From an uncultured Rhizobium sp. (GTDB lineage: Bacteria; Pseudomonadota; Alphaproteobacteria; Rickettsiales; UBA1997), in contig CAYUHG010000002.1 in assembly GCA_964444545.1 (NCBI GenBank), positions 45,989 to 109,988 on the forward strand: a stretch of 64,000 bases of DNA. Reading direction: 5' to 3'. The translations under genes and the position numbers were made by a program. How positions within the stretch are numbered: the first letter of the stretch is position 1; each line of letters starts with the position of its first letter. Below, piece by piece: positions 38,258 through 48,776 of this stretch. A model generated the notes under the pieces. The model was not told the DNA's origin. It was given only the letters and a program-made list of their open reading frames with translations, and did not search any database.

Positions 38258-40096
38258 TTATCCGATCAAATTTTTTACTGCTGTGATTGCTGCTGCAATA
38301 CCGTCTTTATTGATTCCACCGCCCATCGCTAAATCTTTTTTTCCACCGCCACCTTTGCCACCAACAGCTTCAACAGCTGGTGCGATTAATTTTGCGGCAT
38401 CGAATTTTTCCAACAAATCAGCGCTGATGGAAATACAGACCGCAACTTTATCGTCTTTACAACCAAAAAATGCGAAGATGCAATTTGATTGGAATTCTTT
38501 TTTAGCTTTGGCATCAGACAAAATTTCGCGAATATCTTTAGCGTCACCATTAGCAAATGTATAGCTCACTAGGTTTACAGCGCCAACGCTTTCAGCTTTG
38601 AGATTATTTAATTCCGCAACTAGTTTTTCTTTTTTCAGACGCTCAATTTCTTTGTCGCGTTTCTTCAAAATTTCTTCTAAGTTTTTGGCATCAGATTCTT
38701 GTAAGTAAGACTGATCTGATTTCGCGCCGCCAATTGTCAAAATTTCTTCATCTTTTTTGGCGATTTTTTCTTTTAATTCTGCGATTTGATTTTGTGCTTT
38801 TTCTTGTTGCGCACGTAAAAACTCTTTCGCCGCTTCACCGCTTACAGCCTCGATTCTTCTAATTCCAGAAGCTACTGACTTTTCAGAAATGATTTTAAAA
38901 ATTTCGATGTCAGAAGTATTTTTAACGTGAGTTCCGCCGCAAAGCTCTACGGAATTTCCCATCGCGACAACGCGAACTTCAGAATCGTATTTTTCCCCGA
39001 ACAAAGCCTCAGCGCCGCTGTTTCTCGCATCTTCTAAGCCCATTAATTTTGTGTTAACGTCAGCAGAATTTTTGATTTGCGAGTTTACCATTTCTTCAAC
39101 TTTTTTGATTTCATCGGCAGTCATGGCGCGATTGAAATTGAAGTCGAAAGTGAAGTAAGACGCATCAACATTTGAACCTTTTTGCGAAATCGAATTGCCC
39201 AAAACTTCTTTCAAAGCTTTGTGCATCAAATGTGTTGCTGAGTGGTTGCTGGCTCTGGCTTGGCGGGTTTGAGAATTTACGTTTGTTTCAACTTCATCAC
39301 CAACTTTTAAATCACATTTTTGATTAGCAAAAAAATGCGCGAACAAACCGCCAGCGAATTTTTTAGTTTCAGAAATTTCGATGTTATTAATTTTTCCATC
39401 GTCACCTTTCTGACCGCCAGAAGTGGCGTAAAATGGAGTTTGATCTAGGATGATGAAGTTTGGATACACGGCCAAAACTTTGGCTTTCGCGCTTAAAGTT
39501 TCATAACCCAAAAATTTGGTTTCGCCGAATTGTTCTTTCAAATCGAAGAAGATTTTTTCTTCGGCCGTCTCGCCAGAACCTTTCCAATTTGCTCTTGCGC
39601 GTTCACGCTGATTTTCCATTTCTTGATTAAATTCCGCTACATCTACTCCATTTTTTATTCCTTTCGTTTGAAGAATAATTTGAGTTAGATCAAGGGGAAA
39701 ACCATAAGTATCGTAAAGTTTGAAAGCAGTTTTTCCTGAAAATTTGTAGTCTCCAGTCCAAATTAATTCTGGTTTGGCTAGTTCTTTGTCGATGATATCG
39801 AATCCTTTTTCTAAAGTTTCGCGGAATTTTTCTTCTTCGTTTTTTAGTGTTTCAACGATTACAGCTTTGGCACGAGATAATTCAGGATAAGCTGCACCCA
39901 TTTCGGCAATTAAGGCATCAACAAGTTTGTACATTTTTGCTTCTTTGGCACCAAGTTTATGAAGTTGAAGCATAGCGCGGCGCATAATGCGTCGTAGAAC
40001 ATAACCGCGTCCTTCGTTGCTTGGCAAAACGCCATCAGCGATTAAAAATGATGTTGAGCGTAAATGGTCAGCAATGATTTTAAATTCGGCTTTCAT
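38258..40096 (-). CDS. alaS: alanyl-tRNA synthetase, C-terminal fragment (tRNA-recognition, editing and C-Ala domains; 612 aa, stand-alone ORF)
   Basis: Begins MKAEFKIIADHLRSTSFLIADGVLPSNEGRGYVLRRIMRRA. Also HSATHLMH, CGGTH and GGKGGGGKKDLAMGG. An in-frame stop lies 3 codons upstream of the ATG. Confidence 0.9.
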   Translation of the reverse strand: MKAEFKIIADHLRSTSFLIADGVLPSNEGRGYVLRRIMRRAMLQLHKLGAKEAKMYKLVDALIAEMGAAYPELSRAKAVIVETLKNEEEKFRETLEKGFDIIDKELAKPELIWTGDYKFSGKTAFKLYDTYGFPLDLTQIILQTKGIKNGVDVAEFNQEMENQRERARANWKGSGETAEEKIFFDLKEQFGETKFLGYETLSAKAKVLAVYPNFIILDQTPFYATSGGQKGDDGKINNIEISETKKFAGGLFAHFFANQKCDLKVGDEVETNVNSQTRQARASNHSATHLMHKALKEVLGNSISQKGSNVDASYFTFDFNFNRAMTADEIKKVEEMVNSQIKNSADVNTKLMGLEDARNSGAEALFGEKYDSEVRVVAMGNSVELCGGTHVKNTSDIEIFKIISEKSVASGIRRIEAVSGEAAKEFLRAQQEKAQNQIAELKEKIAKKDEEILTIGGAKSDQSYLQESDAKNLEEILKKRDKEIERLKKEKLVAELNNLKAESVGAVNLVSYTFANGDAKDIREILSDAKAKKEFQSNCIFAFFGCKDDKVAVCISISADLLEKFDAAKLIAPAVEAVGGKGGGGKKDLAMGGGINKDGIAAAITAVKNLIG

Positions 40097-40113
40097 GGTA
40101 ATTTACAATATTT

Positions 40114-40194
40114 GTCATCCTGAGCGTGAGCGAAGGATATCGAAATTCAGTTCTGAATTTGGCTAACTAGATCCTGCGCTGCGCTTAGGATGAC
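40114..40194. repeat. family-1 palindromic element between rnj and the alaS C-fragment
   Basis: gtcatcctgagcgtgagcgaaggata...ctagatcctgcgctgcgcttaggatgac. Confidence 0.8.
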
Positions 40195-40208
40195 AGAAAA
40201 TTATTTTT

Positions 40209-41948
40209 TTAGATTAAGTGTACTGTCACTTCCAACGCTGGTCGTTTGCCCATTAAATCCTCAAAAATTTTGAGTAATTTTCCGCGCAACGCTTTTTCAA
40301 TTTCAGCAGTTGAAATTGTGTCTTTTAATTTCTTTTTCTTCTTTTTCAAAAAGCTCAAACCTTTGCTGGCTTTGTGTAAACCAAGTTCTTTAGCTTTGTG
40401 ACGTAAGAAAATTTGGATTTCTTGATTAATTGCGTGTTCAGCATCGCGATCAGATTTTAAATCATACGATCCAATACATTGAACGCGTGGTTTCGCCATT
40501 AATTCCAGATTGTCATCGAGTGCTAAAGAAACGGTAACAATTCCGGCACTTTGTAATTTACGACGTTCGCGAATCACTTCGCCATCAAGGTTGAGAAGCT
40601 GTTTGCCGTCAACGCCGAAATAGCCGTGTTTAACGAATCCGACAATTCCGCAAGATGCTTGAAAATCTTCTTGTAATTTTACCGCCAAACCATTTTCGAT
40701 TTGGATAGTTTTAGGAACGCCGCAATCACGCGCCAATTCTGCGTGGGTTTTGGTGTGCAAAAATTCGCCGTGAACTGGAATAGCAATTTTTGGACGCGCC
40801 AGCGCATACATTTCTTTCAACTCATCTTGCGAAGGATGGCCAGAAACGTGGACGAAATGATCTTTTTCCGTCATCACATCGATTTGTTTTTTGGCCAAAG
40901 CATCAAACAATCCGAAGATTTTTTTCTCATTTCCCGGAATAATTTTTGACGAGAAAATCATCAAATCGCCAACAGTAAATTTGATGCTTGGATGATGGCC
41001 AGTAGCGATCTTGCGTGCTGCAGCGTTTGGTTCGCCTTGGCAGCCAGTACAGATCACCAACAAATCTTTTTTGTCGTGAAATTTGATTTCGCGATCGGAA
41101 ATAAATTCGAAACCAGAAAAGTCGTAGCCGCTTTTTTTAGCGACTTCATAAATTCGGTGTAGCGAAAATCCTGCGAGCACAATTTTGCGTCCAACTTCTT
41201 TGGCAATTGACGCGATGGTGTAAATACGCGCAATGTTGGATGCAAAAGTTGTAACGCCAACGATGCCTTTGCGGCCTTCGATCAAGTATTTTAGAGATTT
41301 GTGAAGATCGCCTTCTGATCTGGAATGTCCTTCAGAAATGGCGTTGGTTGAATCGCAAATTACCGCGAGGAACTTTCCTTGATCGCCCCATTCGCGAATT
41401 TTTTCTTTTTCAGAAACTTCGCCGATAACAGGATTTGGATCGAATTTCCAATCTCCTGTGTGCAAAATATTTCCTTTCGGAGTTTTGATGATGAGCGCTT
41501 TCATCTCAGGAACTGAGTGCGTCAAGCCAAGAAATTCAACGGCGAAAGGACCGATTTGCAAATCTTTGCTGGAGTCGATCAAACGAATTGGAACTTGTTT
41601 ATCGAGTTTAAATTCTTCGAGTTTGGTGCGCAAAAAATTTGCTGCTAAGTTGGAAGCGTAAATTGGAACTTCAAGCTCGCGCCATAAATATTGTACCGCG
41701 CCTAGGTGATCTTCGTGAATGTGAGTTAAAATAATCCCAAGAAGATTTTTTTTGTTGGCTTTGATGAAGGAAATATCGGGAGTCATCATGTCGATTCCCG
41801 GCACGTCGGACGCGAACCCAACACCGCAATCAACCATCAGCCATTTACCGTCGAGATGGTAAAGATTTAAATTCATCCCAATTTCGTTAGCGCCGCCGAG
41901 AGGCAGAAATAGCAAATCGGAAAAGTGTTTTTTTAAGTTAAGATCCAT
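40209..41948 (-). CDS. rnj: ribonuclease J (metallo-beta-lactamase / beta-CASP)
   Basis: LTHIHEDHLGA (HxHxDH), beta-CASP region and 579 aa length. Confidence 0.9.
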   Translation of the reverse strand: MDLNLKKHFSDLLFLPLGGANEIGMNLNLYHLDGKWLMVDCGVGFASDVPGIDMMTPDISFIKANKKNLLGIILTHIHEDHLGAVQYLWRELEVPIYASNLAANFLRTKLEEFKLDKQVPIRLIDSSKDLQIGPFAVEFLGLTHSVPEMKALIIKTPKGNILHTGDWKFDPNPVIGEVSEKEKIREWGDQGKFLAVICDSTNAISEGHSRSEGDLHKSLKYLIEGRKGIVGVTTFASNIARIYTIASIAKEVGRKIVLAGFSLHRIYEVAKKSGYDFSGFEFISDREIKFHDKKDLLVICTGCQGEPNAAARKIATGHHPSIKFTVGDLMIFSSKIIPGNEKKIFGLFDALAKKQIDVMTEKDHFVHVSGHPSQDELKEMYALARPKIAIPVHGEFLHTKTHAELARDCGVPKTIQIENGLAVKLQEDFQASCGIVGFVKHGYFGVDGKQLLNLDGEVIRERRKLQSAGIVTVSLALDDNLELMAKPRVQCIGSYDLKSDRDAEHAINQEIQIFLRHKAKELGLHKASKGLSFLKKKKKKLKDTISTAEIEKALRGKLLKIFEDLMGKRPALEVTVHLI

Positions 41949-42720
41949 TTGATTTATTCATTTCGTAAACAATGCGAAGGCCATCAAGAGTTAAGTCTGG
42001 TTCATGATGTTGTACTGAATCTTTCAAAGCGTCTTTGAAAATTTCAGCAAGGCCGCCGGTAATAATGCGGGTCGTTTTGTGGTTTAATTCTGTTTCGATT
42101 TTGGCAATCAATCCTTCAATCAATGAAATATATCCGAAGTAAACGCCGGAGTTCATTGCTTCAATCGTGTTTTTGCCGATAACATTTTTTTGCGCACGAA
42201 CAGAAATTTTTGGCAATTTCGCCGTCATGTCGTGTAAAGCTTTAAGCGAAAGATTAATCCCTGGGGCAATAATTCCGCCAAGATATTCGCCGTTTTTTCC
42301 TACAACATCAAAAGTTGTTGCGGTGCCGAAATCAATAACAATCAAGCTGTTACCAAATTTTTGGCGAGCAGCAATTGAGTTGATTAAACGGTCATCGCCA
42401 ACTTCATTTTTATTTTGAACTTGAATATCGATGTCGAGTTTTACGTTTTTTTCGCCGATCACCAAAATTTGTTCGCTGGTGAATTTTTTTAAAGCTTCAT
42501 GAATTTTATTGGTAATGGCAGGTACAACAGATGCGATTATTGATCCGGTAACTTTCAAGCAATCAACTTTCTCGTTCAAAAAAAGTTCAATTAAATCAAC
42601 AGCGTAATCGTCAGCAGATTTTTTGGTGTCAGAAATCATTCGCCATTTATGCGTAAGTTTTTCTCCGTCAAAAAGGCCGATGACGATGTTGGTGTTTCCG
42701 ATGTCGAAGGTGAGTAACAT
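41938..42720 (-). CDS. coaX: type III pantothenate kinase
   Basis: MLLTFDIGNTN, IDFGTATTFD and about 260 aa length. Confidence 0.9.
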   Translation of the reverse strand: MLLTFDIGNTNIVIGLFDGEKLTHKWRMISDTKKSADDYAVDLIELFLNEKVDCLKVTGSIIASVVPAITNKIHEALKKFTSEQILVIGEKNVKLDIDIQVQNKNEVGDDRLINSIAARQKFGNSLIVIDFGTATTFDVVGKNGEYLGGIIAPGINLSLKALHDMTAKLPKISVRAQKNVIGKNTIEAMNSGVYFGYISLIEGLIAKIETELNHKTTRIITGGLAEIFKDALKDSVQHHEPDLTLDGLRIVYEMNKSNGS

Positions 42721-42734
42721 AAAAAATTATGGGT

Positions 42735-42816
42735 GTCATCCTGAGCGTTAGCGAAGGATCTCGTTAAGCAAACTCGGAGTTTGTCTCATGAGATCCTTGG
42801 TTACGCTTAGGATGAC
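42735..42816. repeat. family-1 palindromic element between the aminotransferase gene and coaX
   Basis: gtcatcctgagcgttagcgaaggatctcg...gagatccttggttacgcttaggatgac. Confidence 0.8.
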
Positions 42817-42826
42817 AGGAGAATGT

Positions 42827-44086
<1,260 letters not shown>

Positions 44087-44131
44087 TTATGTGCAGCGCA
44101 GTCCTTTGTCAATTTATTTTCACGAAAAATT

Positions 44132-44428
44132 ATGGCTGGTACCGTCGGCACCGATCCACTATTCTTGGGTTTAACGCGACCACCGATGCTTCTTGGCGTG
44201 AGCTACACTTTTGCGGCTCTAAACGGTATGGTTTCGCTTTTGGCTTTCGTTTTGACGAACAAATTCTTCTACCTTTTGGTTTTATTGCCGGTGAATCACA
44301 TGTTTGCGTGGTTCATTTGTTTGAAAGAACCGCGAGCTTTGGAGTTGTTGTTGGCAAAGACTTCGAAATGTAACGTGTGTCCGAACCGTATGCATCACGG
44401 TGGAACTAACTCATATGATGCTTATTAA
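44132..44428 (+). CDS. virB3: VirB3/TrbD-like type IV secretion inner-membrane protein (orphan)
   Basis: Start at MAGTVGTDPLFLGLTRPPMLLGVSYTFAALNGMVSLLAF.... Two transmembrane segments and about 98 aa; the pattern matches VirB3 (DPLFKG.TRPAM..GV). Confidence 0.7.
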   Translation: MAGTVGTDPLFLGLTRPPMLLGVSYTFAALNGMVSLLAFVLTNKFFYLLVLLPVNHMFAWFICLKEPRALELLLAKTSKCNVCPNRMHHGGTNSYDAY

Positions 44429-44526
44429 ATACAGTAAATTCAAAACTTCGTTTTGAATTTAGGTTTTAAGTTGAGTTGCTACGCATTGGCAAAGCCAATG
44501 CCTCCGCAACAAATTTTTATTTTTAG

Positions 44527-44556
44527 TCGGATGAAAATTTCATCCGATTTTTTTTG
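44527..44556 (+). terminator. rho-independent terminator (third of three hairpins after virB3)
   Basis: tcggatga-aaattt-tcatccga followed by T9. Confidence 0.75.
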
Positions 44557-44565
44557 TTTTAAATT

Positions 44566-46437
44566 ATGCACAAATATCGCACGCACAATTGTTCTGAGCT
44601 TAACATAAATCATTACAAAAACTCTGATGGTTCTATTAAAACAGTTGAAGAAAGAACTGTAAAACTTTCAGGTTGGGTTCATTCGAAAAGAGATCACGGA
44701 AGTTTGATCTTTATCGATTTGCGCGATCATTTTGGTATTACGCAAATCGTGATTGATAGAGATTTATTGCATTCCTCATTCAAAAAAAACGAAGGCTCTT
44801 CATCAGAAGGAGCGGTAACTTTTTTGTTAAATCAAATCGCTTCAATTAAACTTGAATCAGTAATCACAATTGTCGGCGAAGTTTTGGCTCGTGGTGCGGA
44901 AGTGGTGAATGCGAAAATTCCGACTGGTGAAATTGAAGTTAAAGTTAATGAGTTAAGCATCGAATCTTTGGCCGAACAAATTCCTTTCCAGATCAATGAC
45001 GGCAACGAATATCCAGAAGAATTACGTTTGAAATATCGTTTTCTTGATCTGCGTCGTGAAAAAACTCACAAAAATATTGTGTTGCGCAGCCAGGTAATTT
45101 CAGAGATTCGCGCTGAAATGACCAAACAAGGTTTCTTAGAAATTCAAACTCCGATTTTGACTGCTTCATCTCCAGAAGGTGCACGCGATTATTTGGTTCC
45201 AGCGCGTCTTCACCCGGGAAAATTTTACGCTTTACCGCAAGCACCACAACAGTTCAAACAGCTTTTGATGGTTTCAGGTTTCAACCGTTATTTCCAAATC
45301 GCGCCATGTTTTCGTGATGAAGATTTGCGCGCTGATCGCAGCCCAGAATTTTATCAACTCGATATGGAAATGTCGTTTGTTGAACAAGAAGACGTGTTCA
45401 ACGCTATCGAGCCAGTTCTTAAAAATATTTTTACCAAATTTGGTACTAAACGCACTTTAGAAGAAAAATTTATTCACATTCCTTACTCGGAAGCGATGTT
45501 AAAATATGGCATCGACAAGCCAGATTTGCGTAACCCAATTTTGATTTCAGATGCGACTGAAATTTTCCGTGGTTCAGAATTTTCGATTTTTGTAAAACAA
45601 ATTGAACAAGGTGCGTCAATCCGCGCTATTCCTGCACCGAAATGTGCAGCGCAACCACGTTCATTCTTTGATAAAATGATCGAACATGCACAAGGCTGTG
45701 GTGCAAAAGGCTTGGCTTACATTATTTTTGATGAAAATGGTGAAGCGAAAGGTCCAATTGCGAAATTTTTATCAGCGCAAAAATTAGCCGAACTCAAAGA
45801 AACTGCTGGTTTGCACAATGGTGATGCTGTTTTCTTCTCATGCGGAAAAGTTTCTGAAGCTGCCAAAATCGCTGGTCAAGTTCGTATCAAACTTGGTCAC
45901 GACTTAAACTTGATTGACGAATCGATTTACAAATTCTGCTGGATCGTTGATTTCCCGATGTTCGAACTTAACGAAGAAACTGGTAAAGTTGATTTCTCGC
46001 ACAACCCATTCTCAATGCCACAAGGTGGCTTGGAAGCTTTAAACTCGCAAGATCCGCTGACGATCAACGCTTTCCAATATGACATCGTTTGTAACGGTGT
46101 TGAGTTGTCTTCAGGTGCAATTCGTAACCACAAACCAGAAATTATGTATCGTGCTTTCGAGCTTGCTGGCTATGGTCGCGAAGTTGTGGAGAAACAATTT
46201 GGTGCGATGCTAAACGCTTTCAAATTCGGTGCTCCTCCACACGGTGGTTTGGCTCCAGGGATTGATCGTATTGTTATGCTTTTAGCTGATGAACCAAACA
46301 TTCGCGAAGTAATTCCATTCCCAATGAATGGTAAAGCGCAAGATTTGATGATGAATGCTCCAGCGCAAGTTGCTGAAAAACAGTTGCGTGAATTGAGTAT
46401 TGATCTGAGCAAAAAAGCTAAGGACGCTCTGGCCTAG
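44566..46437 (+). CDS. aspS: aspartyl-tRNA synthetase
   Basis: Class II motifs [10 protein letters not shown] and [11 protein letters not shown]. 623 aa, with a small extra insert in the N-terminal OB domain. Confidence 0.95.
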   Translation: MHKYRTHNCSELNINHYKNSDGSIKTVEERTVKLSGWVHSKRDHGSLIFIDLRDHFGITQIVIDRDLLHSSFKKNEGSSSEGAVTFLLNQIASIKLESVITIVGEVLARGAEVVNAKIPTGEIEVKVNELSIESLAEQIPFQINDGNEYPEELRLKYRFLDLRREKTHKNIVLRSQVISEIRAEMTKQGFLEIQTPILTASSPEGARDYLVPARLHPGKFYALPQAPQQFKQLLMVSGFNRYFQIAPCFRDEDLRADRSPEFYQLDMEMSFVEQEDVFNAIEPVLKNIFTKFGTKRTLEEKFIHIPYSEAMLKYGIDKPDLRNPILISDATEIFRGSEFSIFVKQIEQGASIRAIPAPKCAAQPRSFFDKMIEHAQGCGAKGLAYIIFDENGEAKGPIAKFLSAQKLAELKETAGLHNGDAVFFSCGKVSEAAKIAGQVRIKLGHDLNLIDESIYKFCWIVDFPMFELNEETGKVDFSHNPFSMPQGGLEALNSQDPLTINAFQYDIVCNGVELSSGAIRNHKPEIMYRAFELAGYGREVVEKQFGAMLNAFKFGAPPHGGLAPGIDRIVMLLADEPNIREVIPFPMNGKAQDLMMNAPAQVAEKQLRELSIDLSKKAKDALA

Positions 46438-46484
46438 AATTTTCTAGCTAGAATACCATTCTTGCTAACTAAAATTTTCTCAAA

Positions 46485-47588
46485 ATGACCAATAAAGATT
46501 TTCCAGCACTTCTTGCGACTTACGTTGAAAAAGTGAAAGAGCGTTCGCAAAATTTTTTAGGTTATCCGATCTCAATTGATTTCGATTATTCGGAATTATT
46601 CCCGTTGCTCAACTATCCGCTTAACAATCTTGGTGATCCGCTGATCGAATCAACTTACGATCTAAACTCTCGTTCGATTGAGCGCCAAGTGGTACAATTT
46701 TTCGCCGAAATTTTTAAAGCGCCGAAAGAAAATTCTTGGGGTTACGTTACTAATGGCGGTTCGGAAGGAAATCTTTACGCACTTTATGTAGCGCGTGAGC
46801 TTTATCCAAACGGCATGGTTTATTATTCTGAAAGCACGCATTACAGCATTCAAAAAAATATTAACTTGCTTGGAATGCCGTCAATTCTGATTCGTTCGCA
46901 AGACAATGGCGAAATGGATTACGAAGATTTTAAAGATGCGGTGCATATGCATCGCGATCGTCCGGCGATTGTGGTTGCCAACATCGGAACTACGATGACG
47001 GAAGCAAAAGACGACATTTCACAAATCAAAAAAGCTTTAAAAAATTCTGCAGTTAGAAATCACTACATCCATGTTGATGCTGCGTTGGCAGGCACTTATT
47101 TAGCTTTGCTTGAAAAAGAACCGAAGTTTGATTTTGAAAATGGCGCAGATTCAGTCGCAATTTCTGGTCACAAATTTATTGGTTCACCAATTCCTTGTGG
47201 CGTTGTGATTGTGAAAAAAAATTACAAAGAACGAGTTGGTCAGGCTATACCATATATCGGTACCTTGGACACTACAATTACTGGTTCGCGCAATGGTCAC
47301 TCTCCGGTATTTTTATGGTACGCAATTAACAAAATGGGTCATGCAGGTTTGAAAAAACGTGCGGAAATTTGTTTAGAAGTTGCGGATTACGCCGAAGCAA
47401 AAATGAAACAACTAGGCATTGAAGCTTGGAGAAATCAAAACGCGATTACGATAGTTTTCCCTAAACCAAGCCAAGAAATCTGTGTAAAATGGCAATTGGC
47501 CAGTGAAGGAAAAATGTCGCACATCATTTGTATGCCTGGTGTTACTAAAGAAAAAATCGACGAGTTTTTACAGGATTTAGTGCAATAA
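46485..47588 (+). CDS. group II PLP-dependent decarboxylase, histidine-decarboxylase-like
   Basis: 367 aa. GYVTNGGSEGNLYAL and PLP-lysine ISGHKFIGSPIPCGVV. The architecture resembles Gram-negative Hdc. Confidence 0.75.
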   Translation: MTNKDFPALLATYVEKVKERSQNFLGYPISIDFDYSELFPLLNYPLNNLGDPLIESTYDLNSRSIERQVVQFFAEIFKAPKENSWGYVTNGGSEGNLYALYVARELYPNGMVYYSESTHYSIQKNINLLGMPSILIRSQDNGEMDYEDFKDAVHMHRDRPAIVVANIGTTMTEAKDDISQIKKALKNSAVRNHYIHVDAALAGTYLALLEKEPKFDFENGADSVAISGHKFIGSPIPCGVVIVKKNYKERVGQAIPYIGTLDTTITGSRNGHSPVFLWYAINKMGHAGLKKRAEICLEVADYAEAKMKQLGIEAWRNQNAITIVFPKPSQEICVKWQLASEGKMSHIICMPGVTKEKIDEFLQDLVQ

Positions 47589-47614
47589 ATTTTAAAGATA
47601 TCTTTTAAATAAAA

Positions 47615-48757
47615 ATGAAAAAAACTCCAACTGGACTTAGTGTTGTATCTGATATAGCTGCAGAATACGCTGTAAAAGAATTATCTACTTCAGTATTTCA
47701 ACTTCGTTTGTCTACTGGCGTACAAAGTGACGATCTTGAAGCGGTACAGACAATTTTGGCAAAAATACCAGATCTTGATAGAAGCAAAAGGGCTGCATTA
47801 TTTAGCGATGCAATTGCAGTTCTAAAAAGTGATATGGAAAAAGAACAAGATCATGATATCAAAAATGATGTAGCGATTTTTGCTGCTATCTTTAATGCTG
47901 CTGGAGACGCAGCACCAGATCTTATTAAAGAGCATGATTTTAGTTTATGTCAGAGCGCAACTATTTATGAGAGGCCAGATTTATTCAGGATTTTTGCTGA
48001 GCAATTAAATCAAGCAGAGCGTGATCAGATGGTTGAGTCAACATTAACTCAGGCGATAGATTATTGTCAGCCAATCTTTGAATATATGTGTGAGATTGTG
48101 CAGCTTGGTGCAATGTCTGATAAGATGGACGAGAGAACCAAAAATTATGTATTCTTTGCTGCGGCGCATAGAGGAAATCTAGCGTTGGTAAATTTCTTCC
48201 TCTCTGATCTTACGCCAGAGAAGCAAATCGCTTTAGTCAAATCAGAAAATAGTACTGGTGAATGTGCTCCATTTCGTTATGCTGCAAATTCTGGTAAAGT
48301 TGATGTCGCTGCCAGATTGTTGGAAGTCGCTTCTGAACAAAGTGATCGCAATGATATAATTGCTGCGGAAAGACATTATGCATTGCAATACGCATTGTGT
48401 AACGATCATGCAGGAATTGTTGATTTGATTATGGATAAAGCATCGCCGGCAATATTTGAAGAAATGTTTGATCCAACAAATGCGAATTATTCGCCAGAAA
48501 GAGATAAAATAGCGGCTGAAATAAAAAAATCTGTTAAAGCTAAATTAGCAATAACTCCAGAAAACGAAGCAGTTCGTCGTTTTATTTCTTCTCCACGTGT
48601 TGCAGGCAATCCGCAAATTCTAAATAATTTGTTTGATAGTGAAACTCTCGCTCTTATCCAATCTAAAGATACAAGTACTGAAAGAACTAACTCTGCTAGC
48701 CGTCCTACATCTGCCTCTAAACTAAGTCCACGTACCAATCAAAACGAACACAATTAA
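47615..48757 (+). CDS. hypothetical protein with degenerate ankyrin-like repeats and a Ser/Thr-rich tail
   Basis: FFAAAHRGNLALVNFFLS, FRYAANSGKVDVAARLLE, LQYALCNDHAGIVDLIMD. The C-terminus is low complexity. Confidence 0.5.
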   Translation: MKKTPTGLSVVSDIAAEYAVKELSTSVFQLRLSTGVQSDDLEAVQTILAKIPDLDRSKRAALFSDAIAVLKSDMEKEQDHDIKNDVAIFAAIFNAAGDAAPDLIKEHDFSLCQSATIYERPDLFRIFAEQLNQAERDQMVESTLTQAIDYCQPIFEYMCEIVQLGAMSDKMDERTKNYVFFAAAHRGNLALVNFFLSDLTPEKQIALVKSENSTGECAPFRYAANSGKVDVAARLLEVASEQSDRNDIIAAERHYALQYALCNDHAGIVDLIMDKASPAIFEEMFDPTNANYSPERDKIAAEIKKSVKAKLAITPENEAVRRFISSPRVAGNPQILNNLFDSETLALIQSKDTSTERTNSASRPTSASKLSPRTNQNEHN

Positions 48758-48776
48758 GATTTTTCCTAAAAAAATA

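Noticed and set aside
38250-38564. 104-aa plus-strand ORF rich in Pro (PPPIAKSFFPPPPLPP)
   Set aside because: It is antisense to the Gly/Lys-rich C-Ala end of the alaS C-fragment, so it is a low-complexity mirror artefact.
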